This document shows positions 48,702 to 56,937 of a DNA stretch of 64,000 bases, piece after piece. The stretch spans positions 23,880 through 87,879 of the forward strand of contig JACRHH010000027.1 in NCBI GenBank assembly GCA_016212095.1, read 5' to 3'. A model generated the notes under the pieces. It worked only from the letters and a program-made list of their open reading frames with translations, was not told the origin of the DNA and did no database searches. The stretch is from Nitrospirota bacterium. Its GTDB lineage: Bacteria > Nitrospirota > Thermodesulfovibrionia > SZUA-242. Position numbers and translations under genes: made by a program. How positions within the stretch are numbered: position 1 is the first letter of the stretch; each line of letters starts with the position of its first letter.

Positions 48702-49124
48702 ATGTATAACAAGGTCATTCTCGTCGGCAATCTGGTTCGCGATCCAGAAACCCGCTTCACGCCCCAAGGCACGCAGGTTGCAACATTCAGCATCGCCGTA
48801 AACCGCATTTACAAGGTCGGCGACGAGACGAAGGAATAAGTGTCGTACTTCGACATCGTTGTTTTTGGGAAACAGGCGGAGATCACAAGCCAGTATCTGA
48901 GCAAGGGCAGTTCCGTGCTTGTGGACGGACGCCTCAATCAGCGCCGATGGGACGACAAGGACACCGGACAGAAGCGTTCGAAGGTTGAGATAGTGGCGGA
49001 AGTCGTGCGTTTCATGTCTAAAAAAGGTCAGACGCAGGGCGGCTCGCATGGAGCGTCGGAGCCGGAATACAGCGATTCGGATTTCACGCCGCGTGAAGTT
49101 ACCGATGACGAAGTTCCGTTCTGA
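48702..49124 (+). pseudogene. ssb: Single-stranded DNA-binding protein interrupted by an in-frame TAA (48837-48839)
   Basis: [80 protein letters not shown]...DDEVPF. Both halves are in the same frame (48702 and 48840 are both divisible by 3). Confidence 0.85.
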
Positions 49125-49190
49125 CGCCCGTTTATTGAATAATTTCAGATCAACAGCTTTTTATAGCGAAAGGAGTTTTCAGAAATAATC

Positions 49191-49418
49191 ATGGTTCAGC
49201 AGAAACGATTTCACAGGAAAAAGTTTTGCCGGTTCTGCGCGGAAAAGACGCCGTTCATAGATTACAAGGATTTTCGTCTGCTCAGGGGCTTCGTGACTGA
49301 GAGGGGCAAAATCATGCCGCAGAGGCTTACAGGCACATGCGCCGGACATCAGCGTGAGCTTTGCGCCTCGATAAAGCTTGCCCGCACGATGGCGCTTCTT
49401 CCGTTCATCGAGAAGTAA
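49191..49418 (+). CDS. rpsR: 30S ribosomal protein S18
   Basis: ...[62 protein letters not shown]. Confidence 0.95.
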   Translation: MVQQKRFHRKKFCRFCAEKTPFIDYKDFRLLRGFVTERGKIMPQRLTGTCAGHQRELCASIKLARTMALLPFIEK

Positions 49419-49423
49419 TAGCC

Positions 49424-49705
49424 ATGCGTCTGCCTCGTGCATGGATTCCGATGATCTCCCGCGCAATCGTCGAATCGATTGTGAAGAGCGACGCTGCAAC
49501 GCTCAAGGCCGACAAGGCCGCCGTGACGGGCGTTGTGAATGAGATCGTGCTGAACGAACTCATGGTGGAGGATCGGCTGAACGAGGAAGTGCGCGAGATA
49601 TTGAAGAAATTCGAGGCGGATATTGAAAAGGGCCGCCTCGATTACAAACAGTTGTTCGACCTCACCAAAAAGAAGCTCGTCCGCGAAAGGAATGTAATCC
49701 TGTGA
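49424..49705 (+). CDS. DUF507-family protein
   Basis: MRLPRAWIPMISRAIVESI...EVREILKKFEADIEKGRLDYKQLFDLTKKKL. Paired with the next gene, as is typical for DUF507. Confidence 0.7.
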   Translation: MRLPRAWIPMISRAIVESIVKSDAATLKADKAAVTGVVNEIVLNELMVEDRLNEEVREILKKFEADIEKGRLDYKQLFDLTKKKLVRERNVIL

Positions 49706-49980
49706 GATTGAGCGACGACAAAATCTCCCATCTAACCCACACGGTTTTCACCGGATTGAAGTCGAAAAGCCTGATCGTTCCCAAACGGTCTGAACCGGAT
49801 GTCCGCAAGGCGATAAGGCTTGCCATCAACGAATCGGTTCATCTGTTTGACGAGATAGACGAAAAGGTTCGCCGCAAGCTCGAATCATACTCAAGAAAAA
49901 TGATCGAGGGCACTGCCGAGTGGAACATCCTCTATGAGAAGTTCATCATCGAGGAGATGAACAAGCTGGGGCTGGAATAA
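49702..49980 (+). CDS. DUF507-family protein (second copy)
   Basis: RLSDDKISHLTHTVFTGL...KVRRKLESYSRKMIEGTAEWNILYEKFIIEE. The GTG start overlaps the upstream stop (GTGA). Confidence 0.65.
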   Translation: MRLSDDKISHLTHTVFTGLKSKSLIVPKRSEPDVRKAIRLAINESVHLFDEIDEKVRRKLESYSRKMIEGTAEWNILYEKFIIEEMNKLGLE

Positions 49981-50160
49981 GCAGTTTTTTAATTGATTTA
50001 CCCTGTTTCTCCGCGTTATACTCCTTCGGGCGGTGGCGTGGGGAATGTTGTAACTCTTCGATAATCCGCAAAATATAGCGCTGTACCCTCTCGTCATTTA
50101 AATTCTCGGCATCAGTCGTTTCGTTTTTGTTGCAGCAGCATCACCTTCAGGAGGATGGGG

Positions 50161-51096
50161 ATGGAAGGCATCAGTTACGGATCGTATGAGTTCACGCTTG
50201 CGGCGCGCGAGCGGCTGGTTCTGCCCGCGTACAAGGGATCGACCTTGCGCGGCGGCTTCGGCCATGCCTTCAGGCGCGTTGTATGCGCTCCGCGAAAACC
50301 TGTCTGCGACGGCTGTTTCCTTAAGGGAAGCTGCGTCTATTCTTACGTCTTTGAAACCCCGCCTCCGTCCGGCTCCTCGATGATGCGCAAATACGAGGCC
50401 GCGCCGCATCCGTTCGTGATCGAACCGTCGGTTGACAGGCGAAGGCAGTACGAGCCGGGGCAGGAGTTGACATTCAACCTTTTACTGATTGGCCGGGCTG
50501 TTGAATATCTTGCGTATTTCATATACGCGTTCTCGGAGCTTGGCGAAATAGGCATCGGCAAGAAACTGGGCAAATTCGAGCTTCGCTCGGTGACAAGCGG
50601 CGGCATTATGGTTTACGACGCAGAAACGCGGCAGGTTCGGAATGCGGAGCCGCGAAAGCTGACGCTGGATCTGGCGGCAGCGCCGGAAATAGTATCCGCG
50701 CCGATGCACCTTTCAGTCGATTTCCTCACGCCCACCCGAATCTTCTACAACAAACAGCTTGCCGCAACACCTGAATTTCATGTGCTGATTCGCGCAATCC
50801 TGCGCCGGATGTCGCTTTTGCACTACTTCCACTGCGGCGGCGATCCGTCGGGCTGGGATTTCCGGGGGATCATCGAACGGGCCGGTGCGGTTGAGATGAA
50901 GAGAAACGGCACGAAATGGCACGACTGGGAGCGATACTCGTCGCGTCAGGATACCAGGATGACGCTTGGCGGATTTATGGGCGATGTTGAATACGAGGGC
51001 GACATTGCGCCGTTTCTGCCGCTGATAAGGGCGGGCGAGGCGCTGCATGTGGGCAAGGGGACGGGGTTTGGGCTGGGGAGGTTTGGGGTTGGATGA
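50161..51096 (+). CDS. cas6: CRISPR pre-crRNA endoribonuclease Cas6 (Cys-cluster subtype)
   Basis: ...GSTLRGGFGHAFRRVVCAPRKPVCDGCFLKGSCVYSYVFE... and the C-terminal glycine-rich loop HVGKGTGFGLGRF. AGGAGG 6 nt upstream of ATG 50161. Confidence 0.85.
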   Translation: MEGISYGSYEFTLAARERLVLPAYKGSTLRGGFGHAFRRVVCAPRKPVCDGCFLKGSCVYSYVFETPPPSGSSMMRKYEAAPHPFVIEPSVDRRRQYEPGQELTFNLLLIGRAVEYLAYFIYAFSELGEIGIGKKLGKFELRSVTSGGIMVYDAETRQVRNAEPRKLTLDLAAAPEIVSAPMHLSVDFLTPTRIFYNKQLAATPEFHVLIRAILRRMSLLHYFHCGGDPSGWDFRGIIERAGAVEMKRNGTKWHDWERYSSRQDTRMTLGGFMGDVEYEGDIAPFLPLIRAGEALHVGKGTGFGLGRFGVG

Positions 51097-51107
51097 ACCG
51101 CTTATGG

Positions 51108-51368
51108 TTAATAGACGTGTTTCCGATGTTTTGCCGTAAGGATATGGACGGCATGGCTTGTCTTGTCAACTTCATAAATGATTCGGTAATCCCCGACACG
51201 AAGGGAATATTCCCCGGAGTGATTGCCCACAAGCGGCTTGCCATGAAATGGATTATCGGCAAGCGACTCGATTCTGGCCAAAATACGGCTGAAAAGCCGC
51301 CGGTCGGCAACATGCAACTCTTCGAGATCGCTTTGCGCTTCTTTCGCAAGCCTGATCTCGAACGTCAT
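51108..51368 (-). CDS. relE: RelE/ParE-family toxin
   Basis: ...NPFHGKPLVGNHSGEYSLRVGDYRIIYEVDKTSHAVHILTAKHRKHVY. Overlaps the antitoxin gene by 4 bp. Confidence 0.85.
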   Translation of the reverse strand: MTFEIRLAKEAQSDLEELHVADRRLFSRILARIESLADNPFHGKPLVGNHSGEYSLRVGDYRIIYEVDKTSHAVHILTAKHRKHVY

Positions 51369-51637
51369 TTAACGCCAACCCGCGCCTTGAATTCCTTGAG
51401 CGAAACCGTTTCGCCCATTTTAACCTGCGCCTTAGCGCGGGCAACAGCATCTCGTTCTTCAATGCTGGAAAGCAGGTCGAGGGTTTCCAGCAGGCCCGCA
51501 AATTCGTCGGAGCTGAGGATGACGGCTTTCTCGACGCCGTTTTTTGTGACGGCAAACCGGTCGTATCTTTCATCGACATCCTTGATGATGGCGGACAGGC
51601 TTTTTTTTGCCTCCGCAAGGGTGATGGTTCGGGTCAT
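51365..51637 (-). CDS. Phd/YefM-family antitoxin
   Basis: MTRTITLAEAKKSLSAIIKDVDERYDRFAVTKNGVEKAVILSSDEFAGLLETLDLL. Confidence 0.85.
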   Translation of the reverse strand: MTRTITLAEAKKSLSAIIKDVDERYDRFAVTKNGVEKAVILSSDEFAGLLETLDLLSSIEERDAVARAKAQVKMGETVSLKEFKARVGVK

Positions 51638-51783
51638 TAATCGTCTCCTTTTGCTGAAAGTTATGACCATAATTATAGGCTATATGGCGCGATATTGGAA
51701 AAACTTGCCGCCGGTCATCACATCAAGAACAAACACCTATGCCAATGGATCGTTGCCGTGGCGGCCCATGAATTGGAACCGCC

Positions 51784-51845
51784 GGATACGATGGCGACAT
51801 CGCGCCGTGTCTGCCGCTGATAAGGGGGAAGGTATGGGGTTGAAG
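51784..51845 (+). pseudogene. cas6: Remnant of a cas6 3' end
   Basis: 51784-51826 matches cas6 50989-51031 at 39/43 nt. It translates to DGDIAPCLPLIRGKVWG*, compared with cas6 EGDIAPFLPLIRAGEALHVGKGTGFG. Confidence 0.75.
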
Positions 51846-51894
51846 GCTGAGGATGCAGCGTTGAAAACTGACTGATAATACAAGGGGGAAGCGC

Positions 51895-52617
51895 ATGAAA
51901 AGTTGGCAAAGATGGGGCTTGGGAGTGCTTGTAATTATTCTGTTAGGAGGGTTATCAGTTTATGTTGGCTCACTGATACCTGATGGAATGCTCAAAAAAA
52001 TCGAAAATGCCGGCATTATTCTGGGCTATGCTTTCACAATCATTCCAATCGGTTTTGCACTCGTTGCCTGGTTTTCCAAAAAACAGCTTCGCAGTTTTTT
52101 TCACAGCAACTATTTTACGGGGCTTGGAACACCTTTCCCGCTTGGAAGCAAGCAGATTGATGGCCTGCTGATTCCTGTCAGCCGGGAAGAAGTTCCCAAG
52201 TGGCTGCTTTGTCATCTTCGGCCAAAGCATGTTGCTTTTATCTACACAGTTAAGACCGCTGAGATCGTTAAAAAACTTATTGATGAATTTTCCAAGGATA
52301 TCAAGTTCTACCAGATTGTATCCGGTTCGCCAAGCGGGGAAGATGTAGTTGATCCTTATGATCTGCCGGGCATAAAAACGATGGCGGCGAAATGGATACG
52401 GCGCTTGGAAGCCGAAGGCTTGAGCTTGGACACGATTTATGCTGATACGACAGGCGGCACGGTTCCAATGTCGCTTGGGGTTTTTCAAGCTGCGGAGGAA
52501 AGCGGCATTTCGAGCATATACGTAATCGGCAAACACGAAGGCGGGCGTATTCTCAAACCGGAGGTGTCAGATGAGGGGAAGCCAATTCTTATCAGCGATA
52601 GAGGGGAGGGTAAATGA
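51895..52617 (+). CDS. Two-TM membrane protein with CARF-like cytoplasmic domain (candidate type III ancillary effector)
   Basis: Hydrophobic helices at about residues 7-28 and 39-60. Rossmann-like strand/helix alternation and the IYADTTGGTVPMSLG motif. The stop overlaps the cmr1 ATG (ATGA). Confidence 0.6.
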   Translation: MKSWQRWGLGVLVIILLGGLSVYVGSLIPDGMLKKIENAGIILGYAFTIIPIGFALVAWFSKKQLRSFFHSNYFTGLGTPFPLGSKQIDGLLIPVSREEVPKWLLCHLRPKHVAFIYTVKTAEIVKKLIDEFSKDIKFYQIVSGSPSGEDVVDPYDLPGIKTMAAKWIRRLEAEGLSLDTIYADTTGGTVPMSLGVFQAAEESGISSIYVIGKHEGGRILKPEVSDEGKPILISDRGEGK

Positions 52618-53846
52618 TGTCACAACCAACCGTAATTGAGGCTGAATACAGCATCGTCACGCCAATGTTTCTGGGTGATGCGAAACAAGAGGCTACCGAG
52701 ATAAGGCCTCCTTCGATCAAAGGCGCACTCCGGTTCTGGTGGCGAGCGCTTAACTGGAGTCGAATGTTGGCGCAAAACGGGAATAACGTAACTGAAGCGT
52801 TAAAGACACTCCATAGCGAAGAAGGTCGGTTGTTCGGTCAGGCTGGCGATGAAGACCGTGGTGGGCAGGGGTGTTTTTTGATGAGTGTTACGTCCATCGG
52901 CATTACCCTGCGTAGCAAGGAGCAACTTAACGGTAACGACTCGCCAGCACCACTTGGCAAGTGGCGCCCCTATCTGGTTGGCCTCGGCCTTGCGAGTTAT
53001 AACAAAGAGGAAAAGAAGTCGAAGTACAACCGTAGCGCAATCACAAGCGGTAAATTCAAGGTTCGAGTTCGTTCTCGGCCTGAAACCACTCTGGCTGACG
53101 TCAAGTCCATTGAAGAAAGCCTGCTGCTATTCGGCTTGCTTGGAGGTTTAGGCAGCCGCACACGGCGCGGACTTGGTTCGGTTTCTATTACGAGTCTTTC
53201 CGGCGGCAAGCTGTCTGCGCCTAGCGGCATCGAGGAATGGAAAGCGGCGATTCAGAAACTTACAGGAACACCCATAACCGCACCCGAACCGCCGTTTTCC
53301 GCATTCTCGTCAGTAACCCGCATGGATATGTCTCTAAAAGGCAAAAACGCATGGAACTTGCTGGAGAAAACCGCAAGTGAAATGATGCGTTACCGTTCTT
53401 GGGGGCAGGACAGGAATAACACCGGAACACACAAAGTTAATGGCATTGAACTGTTTGTGGATGATCATGCAATCATGCTTAACGCGATTGCAAACGGAAC
53501 TCCGCCGACAGTGCTTCCAGATCGTATCGTGTTCGGACTGCCTCATAATTATTTTTTCTCTTCGATAACCGGTGCTGAAAAAATGAAAAAAGCCGAGATT
53601 GCACCAGATTCAGAAGGGCGTACCCGCCGGGCATCACCACTGTTCATCCACATCCACAAGTTTAAGGATAACGATTTTGCAGTAATTCAAACGCTGTTTC
53701 AATCCATGTTTCTTTGCCCATCGGATTATGTCGCTGTAAAAGCGGAGAAGCTCCGCCCCACACACCGGCTCATTCCATCGGTGGATTGGGGGCATATCCG
53801 GTGCTATCTCGACCGCTTTGCGGACAGAGAGGTGGTGTTGCCATGA
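52614..53846 (+). CDS. cmr1: Type III-B RAMP protein Cmr1
   Basis: ...YSIVTPMFLGDAKQEATEIRPPSIKGALRFWWRAL... and a second RAMP half with GLLGGLGSRTRRGLGS. Confidence 0.85.
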   Translation: MMSQPTVIEAEYSIVTPMFLGDAKQEATEIRPPSIKGALRFWWRALNWSRMLAQNGNNVTEALKTLHSEEGRLFGQAGDEDRGGQGCFLMSVTSIGITLRSKEQLNGNDSPAPLGKWRPYLVGLGLASYNKEEKKSKYNRSAITSGKFKVRVRSRPETTLADVKSIEESLLLFGLLGGLGSRTRRGLGSVSITSLSGGKLSAPSGIEEWKAAIQKLTGTPITAPEPPFSAFSSVTRMDMSLKGKNAWNLLEKTASEMMRYRSWGQDRNNTGTHKVNGIELFVDDHAIMLNAIANGTPPTVLPDRIVFGLPHNYFFSSITGAEKMKKAEIAPDSEGRTRRASPLFIHIHKFKDNDFAVIQTLFQSMFLCPSDYVAVKAEKLRPTHRLIPSVDWGHIRCYLDRFADREVVLP

Positions 53847-55765
53847 AATACCTGCACTTCACCATCGGCCCGGTTCAGGGATTTGTGGCACAGGCGCGCC
53901 GGACGCGAGATTTCTGGGCCGGGTCTTTTATCCTGTCTTGGCTGTCCGGCATCGCCATGAAGTCGGTTGAAAAGAATGACGGCAAAGTCATTTTCCCTTT
54001 AGTTGCTTCAAGTTATCTGAATTGGCTGGAAGAAATAAAGGGAACAGGAATGAAGCCACGGCAGGGTGCGGCTCCGAATCGTTTTATGGCCGAGATACCG
54101 GATGCAGGTTTCGATCCGGCATTAGTTGAGCAAAGTGTTAGATCTGCCTGGACTGAGTTGGCGGAAAAAGTCTGGCAAAACGATTTGAGCAGCATGGGAA
54201 TGACCTCTAACCAGCGAAAGATTTGGGATGAGCAGGTAAACAAATTCTGGGAAATTTCATGGGCGATAACGGACACCCGCTCAGAATCCAGCATCCTTGA
54301 TCGACGGAAAAACTGGCGGACTTCATTCCCGCCTGAACAGGGCGGCGTCAAGTGCATGGTGATGGACGCTTGGCAGGAGCTTTCCGGCAGCGAAAGGCCG
54401 GGTAAGCAAGTGAGTGATTTCTGGCTAAAAATACGGACTGATGGCCAAAACGGCATGAAAACCGATTTGCGAGATGGCGAGCATCTTTGCGCTATCGCGT
54501 TTATAAAGCGCAGGTTTGCCCGCTGCTTTCATAAAGTATCGGCAACAATGCCTGGCGGTTGGCGCATAAGCGGTTGGAATGTTTCCCCAAACGTTCCATC
54601 GGTGGTCTACATGGCAGCCGCTCACTGGATTGCCGACACCATCAAGGCTGGCAAGCCGGAAATGATCAAAAGATTTCATGATGCCGCATTCATGCTCACC
54701 CGCGAGCATGGAGAAACCAATTCCAACATACGGTGTATTGAAGATGCCCTGCATGGCAAAGATGATCCGACAAGACAATTTGCCGCGCTGGACGGCTCAG
54801 TGTTCTTTGAGACAATGCTTTCCAGTCCAAACATGTATCCGGACGCTGACGAAACAACGGTTAGCGCTACGTTGGCACGTCTCAATGAACTCATAAAAGA
54901 AACCAGCCTTGAGCCTCCAAGTCCATTTTACGCAATGCTGCTTATGGACGGCGATTCGCTTGGCAAGCATATGGGCGATGAGGAAAAGCAGGTGCCGATC
55001 AGTAAGGCGTTGGAAATATTCACCCGCGATGCGTCGAAGATAGTTCAGAAGAACAGCGGCTTCCTGATTTATGCCGGTGGTGACGACGTGCTGGCTATTC
55101 TGCCGGTGGAGGACGCCTTGAAGTGCGCCGCAGAGCTTCAACAGCATTACAATAACTGCTTTGCCGGTAGCGGGGTTTCCTCAACACTTTCCGGTGCTAT
55201 CGAGTTTGCACACATCAAAATGCCTCTCACACGTGTGCTGCGTGACGCGCACTCCCTGCTTGACGATATTGCCAAGGATGAGCGCGGACGCGATGCCGTG
55301 GCTGTCCGCGTCTGGAAACCCGGCGGAAAGGCGGTGGAGTGGGCGATGCCGTGGGAAAAGGCATTTGCCTCCGATGGCAAGGTTGAAATCCAGAAAATCG
55401 CCGACGAGTTCAGAGCGCAAGACGAAGATGCCAGATACAGCAATAAGTTCTTTTTCAAAATACGGGAACTTGTTGGGGTGATTGGGCAGGGAAAATTGCT
55501 GAGTTACGATGACATGGTAAGTCTGATGGCTGCCGAGTATCTCCATTCCGGCATAAACGAAGGCAGGGATCCCAAAATATCGAGGGGCGAGGCGGAAATT
55601 CTCACCAAAAGGCTTCTGGATCAATGCCAGCAGTTGAGAAGGATTGTCACGGATAAACCGGGTGGCCGAACCGATGTTAGCTTTGACTCGCTGCCGGGCG
55701 CGATGTTTCGAGCCGATGGCGCGTTGCTGGTGCGCTTTCTGGCGCAAAAGGGGGTGGAACTATGA
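53843..55765 (+). CDS. cas10: Cas10/Cmr2, short form without HD domain, cyclase GGDD intact
   Basis: MKYLHFTIGPVQGFVAQARRTRDFWAGSFILSWL (Cmr2 core N-terminus) ... FLIYAGGDDVLAILP. 640 aa. ATGA overlaps at both ends. Confidence 0.9.
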   Translation: MKYLHFTIGPVQGFVAQARRTRDFWAGSFILSWLSGIAMKSVEKNDGKVIFPLVASSYLNWLEEIKGTGMKPRQGAAPNRFMAEIPDAGFDPALVEQSVRSAWTELAEKVWQNDLSSMGMTSNQRKIWDEQVNKFWEISWAITDTRSESSILDRRKNWRTSFPPEQGGVKCMVMDAWQELSGSERPGKQVSDFWLKIRTDGQNGMKTDLRDGEHLCAIAFIKRRFARCFHKVSATMPGGWRISGWNVSPNVPSVVYMAAAHWIADTIKAGKPEMIKRFHDAAFMLTREHGETNSNIRCIEDALHGKDDPTRQFAALDGSVFFETMLSSPNMYPDADETTVSATLARLNELIKETSLEPPSPFYAMLLMDGDSLGKHMGDEEKQVPISKALEIFTRDASKIVQKNSGFLIYAGGDDVLAILPVEDALKCAAELQQHYNNCFAGSGVSSTLSGAIEFAHIKMPLTRVLRDAHSLLDDIAKDERGRDAVAVRVWKPGGKAVEWAMPWEKAFASDGKVEIQKIADEFRAQDEDARYSNKFFFKIRELVGVIGQGKLLSYDDMVSLMAAEYLHSGINEGRDPKISRGEAEILTKRLLDQCQQLRRIVTDKPGGRTDVSFDSLPGAMFRADGALLVRFLAQKGVEL

Positions 55766-56937
55766 CGAGCAGAACATTGCGTTTATCGGCTCTTGATACA
55801 TGGTTTTTCCGCGAATCCCGTCCGCATGGTTCAGTAGGCGGCACGGAGCTTGACAGCGTTTTCCCGCCGCCGCCACGAACCGTGGCCGGAGCAGTGCGAA
55901 CCATGATCGGAAATCATGCAGGTGCGGACTGGGATGATTTCAAAAAATGCAAAGAAACACCGTATTTACGAAACGAAATTGATCTAAGGGCTGAAATCGG
56001 TTGGGGCGATGACACCGGCAAACTCGCCATCAATGGGCCATGGCTCACTCTTAATGGCTCACGACTTTATCCCGCCCCCAGCTTTCTGGTGAAATCCGAG
56101 AACTCTGGCGTGGTGAGACTTGCAATAGGCCCGTCAGCGGTTTGTGATCTCGGTTGCCTTCACCTGCCGATTCTCGGAACTGGTTCCTCAGTAAAACCTA
56201 TTGAAAATGCCTGGCTTACACATGAAGCATTTAACCGTGTGCTTGGCGGTGGTGTGCCGGACATTGCTGATATTCTGTGCGAATCGCAACTTGTCGCAAT
56301 AGAACCGCGACTTGGCATAGCCCGCAATAACGCGGTGCGAACGGCTGAAAACGGAATGCTTTATCAAGCACGGCACATCCGTCCAGATGCTAAATTTGCT
56401 TTGGAAGTGGATATTTCCGGAATAGCTGAGCGTTTGCATCCTTCAGGTGGCGCAACACGTTTCGGTGGCGAAGGCCGTCTGGCTCTGGTTGAATCATTGC
56501 CAACCTCTCCGTTGTTTCCGCAACCGCCGGAGCCACTTGCTGATACCAAAGGCGTTATTTTGATTTTGCTGACGCCTTCCGACACAGGCGGCTGCTGGCT
56601 GCCAAACTCCAGTTTCAAGCTGATTGAAGAAGACGGCGTCTGCTATTTTGACGGAAAGATTAATGGAATCGGTCTTCGAATCGTATCGGCTGTTTTGGGG
56701 AAGGCGATTCGGGAGGGTGGCTGGGATTTGGCGCAGCAGAAACCGCGCCCGGCGCGAAGCCTTATTCCTGCTGGCAGTGCTTGGTACTGCACCGTAGCTG
56801 GCGGCGACATCAAGTCCGCCATTCAGGCGCTTCATAACTCTCAAATTGGTTTGGAAACATCGCTTGGCCGGGGGCATTTGGCTGTCGGCCTTTGGAATAA
56901 CTCGGAATATCCTGATACCTCAAGGAGGGGAATATGA
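55762..56937 (+). CDS. cmr3: Type III-B Cmr3
   Basis: LRLSALDTWFFRESRPHG.....SVFPPPPRTVAGAVRTMIG, the typical Cmr3 N-terminus. Confidence 0.85.
   Translation: MTSRTLRLSALDTWFFRESRPHGSVGGTELDSVFPPPPRTVAGAVRTMIGNHAGADWDDFKKCKETPYLRNEIDLRAEIGWGDDTGKLAINGPWLTLNGSRLYPAPSFLVKSENSGVVRLAIGPSAVCDLGCLHLPILGTGSSVKPIENAWLTHEAFNRVLGGGVPDIADILCESQLVAIEPRLGIARNNAVRTAENGMLYQARHIRPDAKFALEVDISGIAERLHPSGGATRFGGEGRLALVESLPTSPLFPQPPEPLADTKGVILILLTPSDTGGCWLPNSSFKLIEEDGVCYFDGKINGIGLRIVSAVLGKAIREGGWDLAQQKPRPARSLIPAGSAWYCTVAGGDIKSAIQALHNSQIGLETSLGRGHLAVGLWNNSEYPDTSRRGI

Noticed and set aside
48837-48839. Possibility that TAA is recoded (alternative genetic code)
   Set aside because: TAA terminates leuD, proS, rpsR and the giant gene at the positions expected from homology. 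The standard code therefore applies, and the ssb TAA is an isolated event.
51970-52536. 188-aa minus-strand ORF opposite the TM-CARF-like gene
   Set aside because: The plus frame has an RBS, two clear TM helices and an ATGA junction with cmr1. The minus ORF has none of these.
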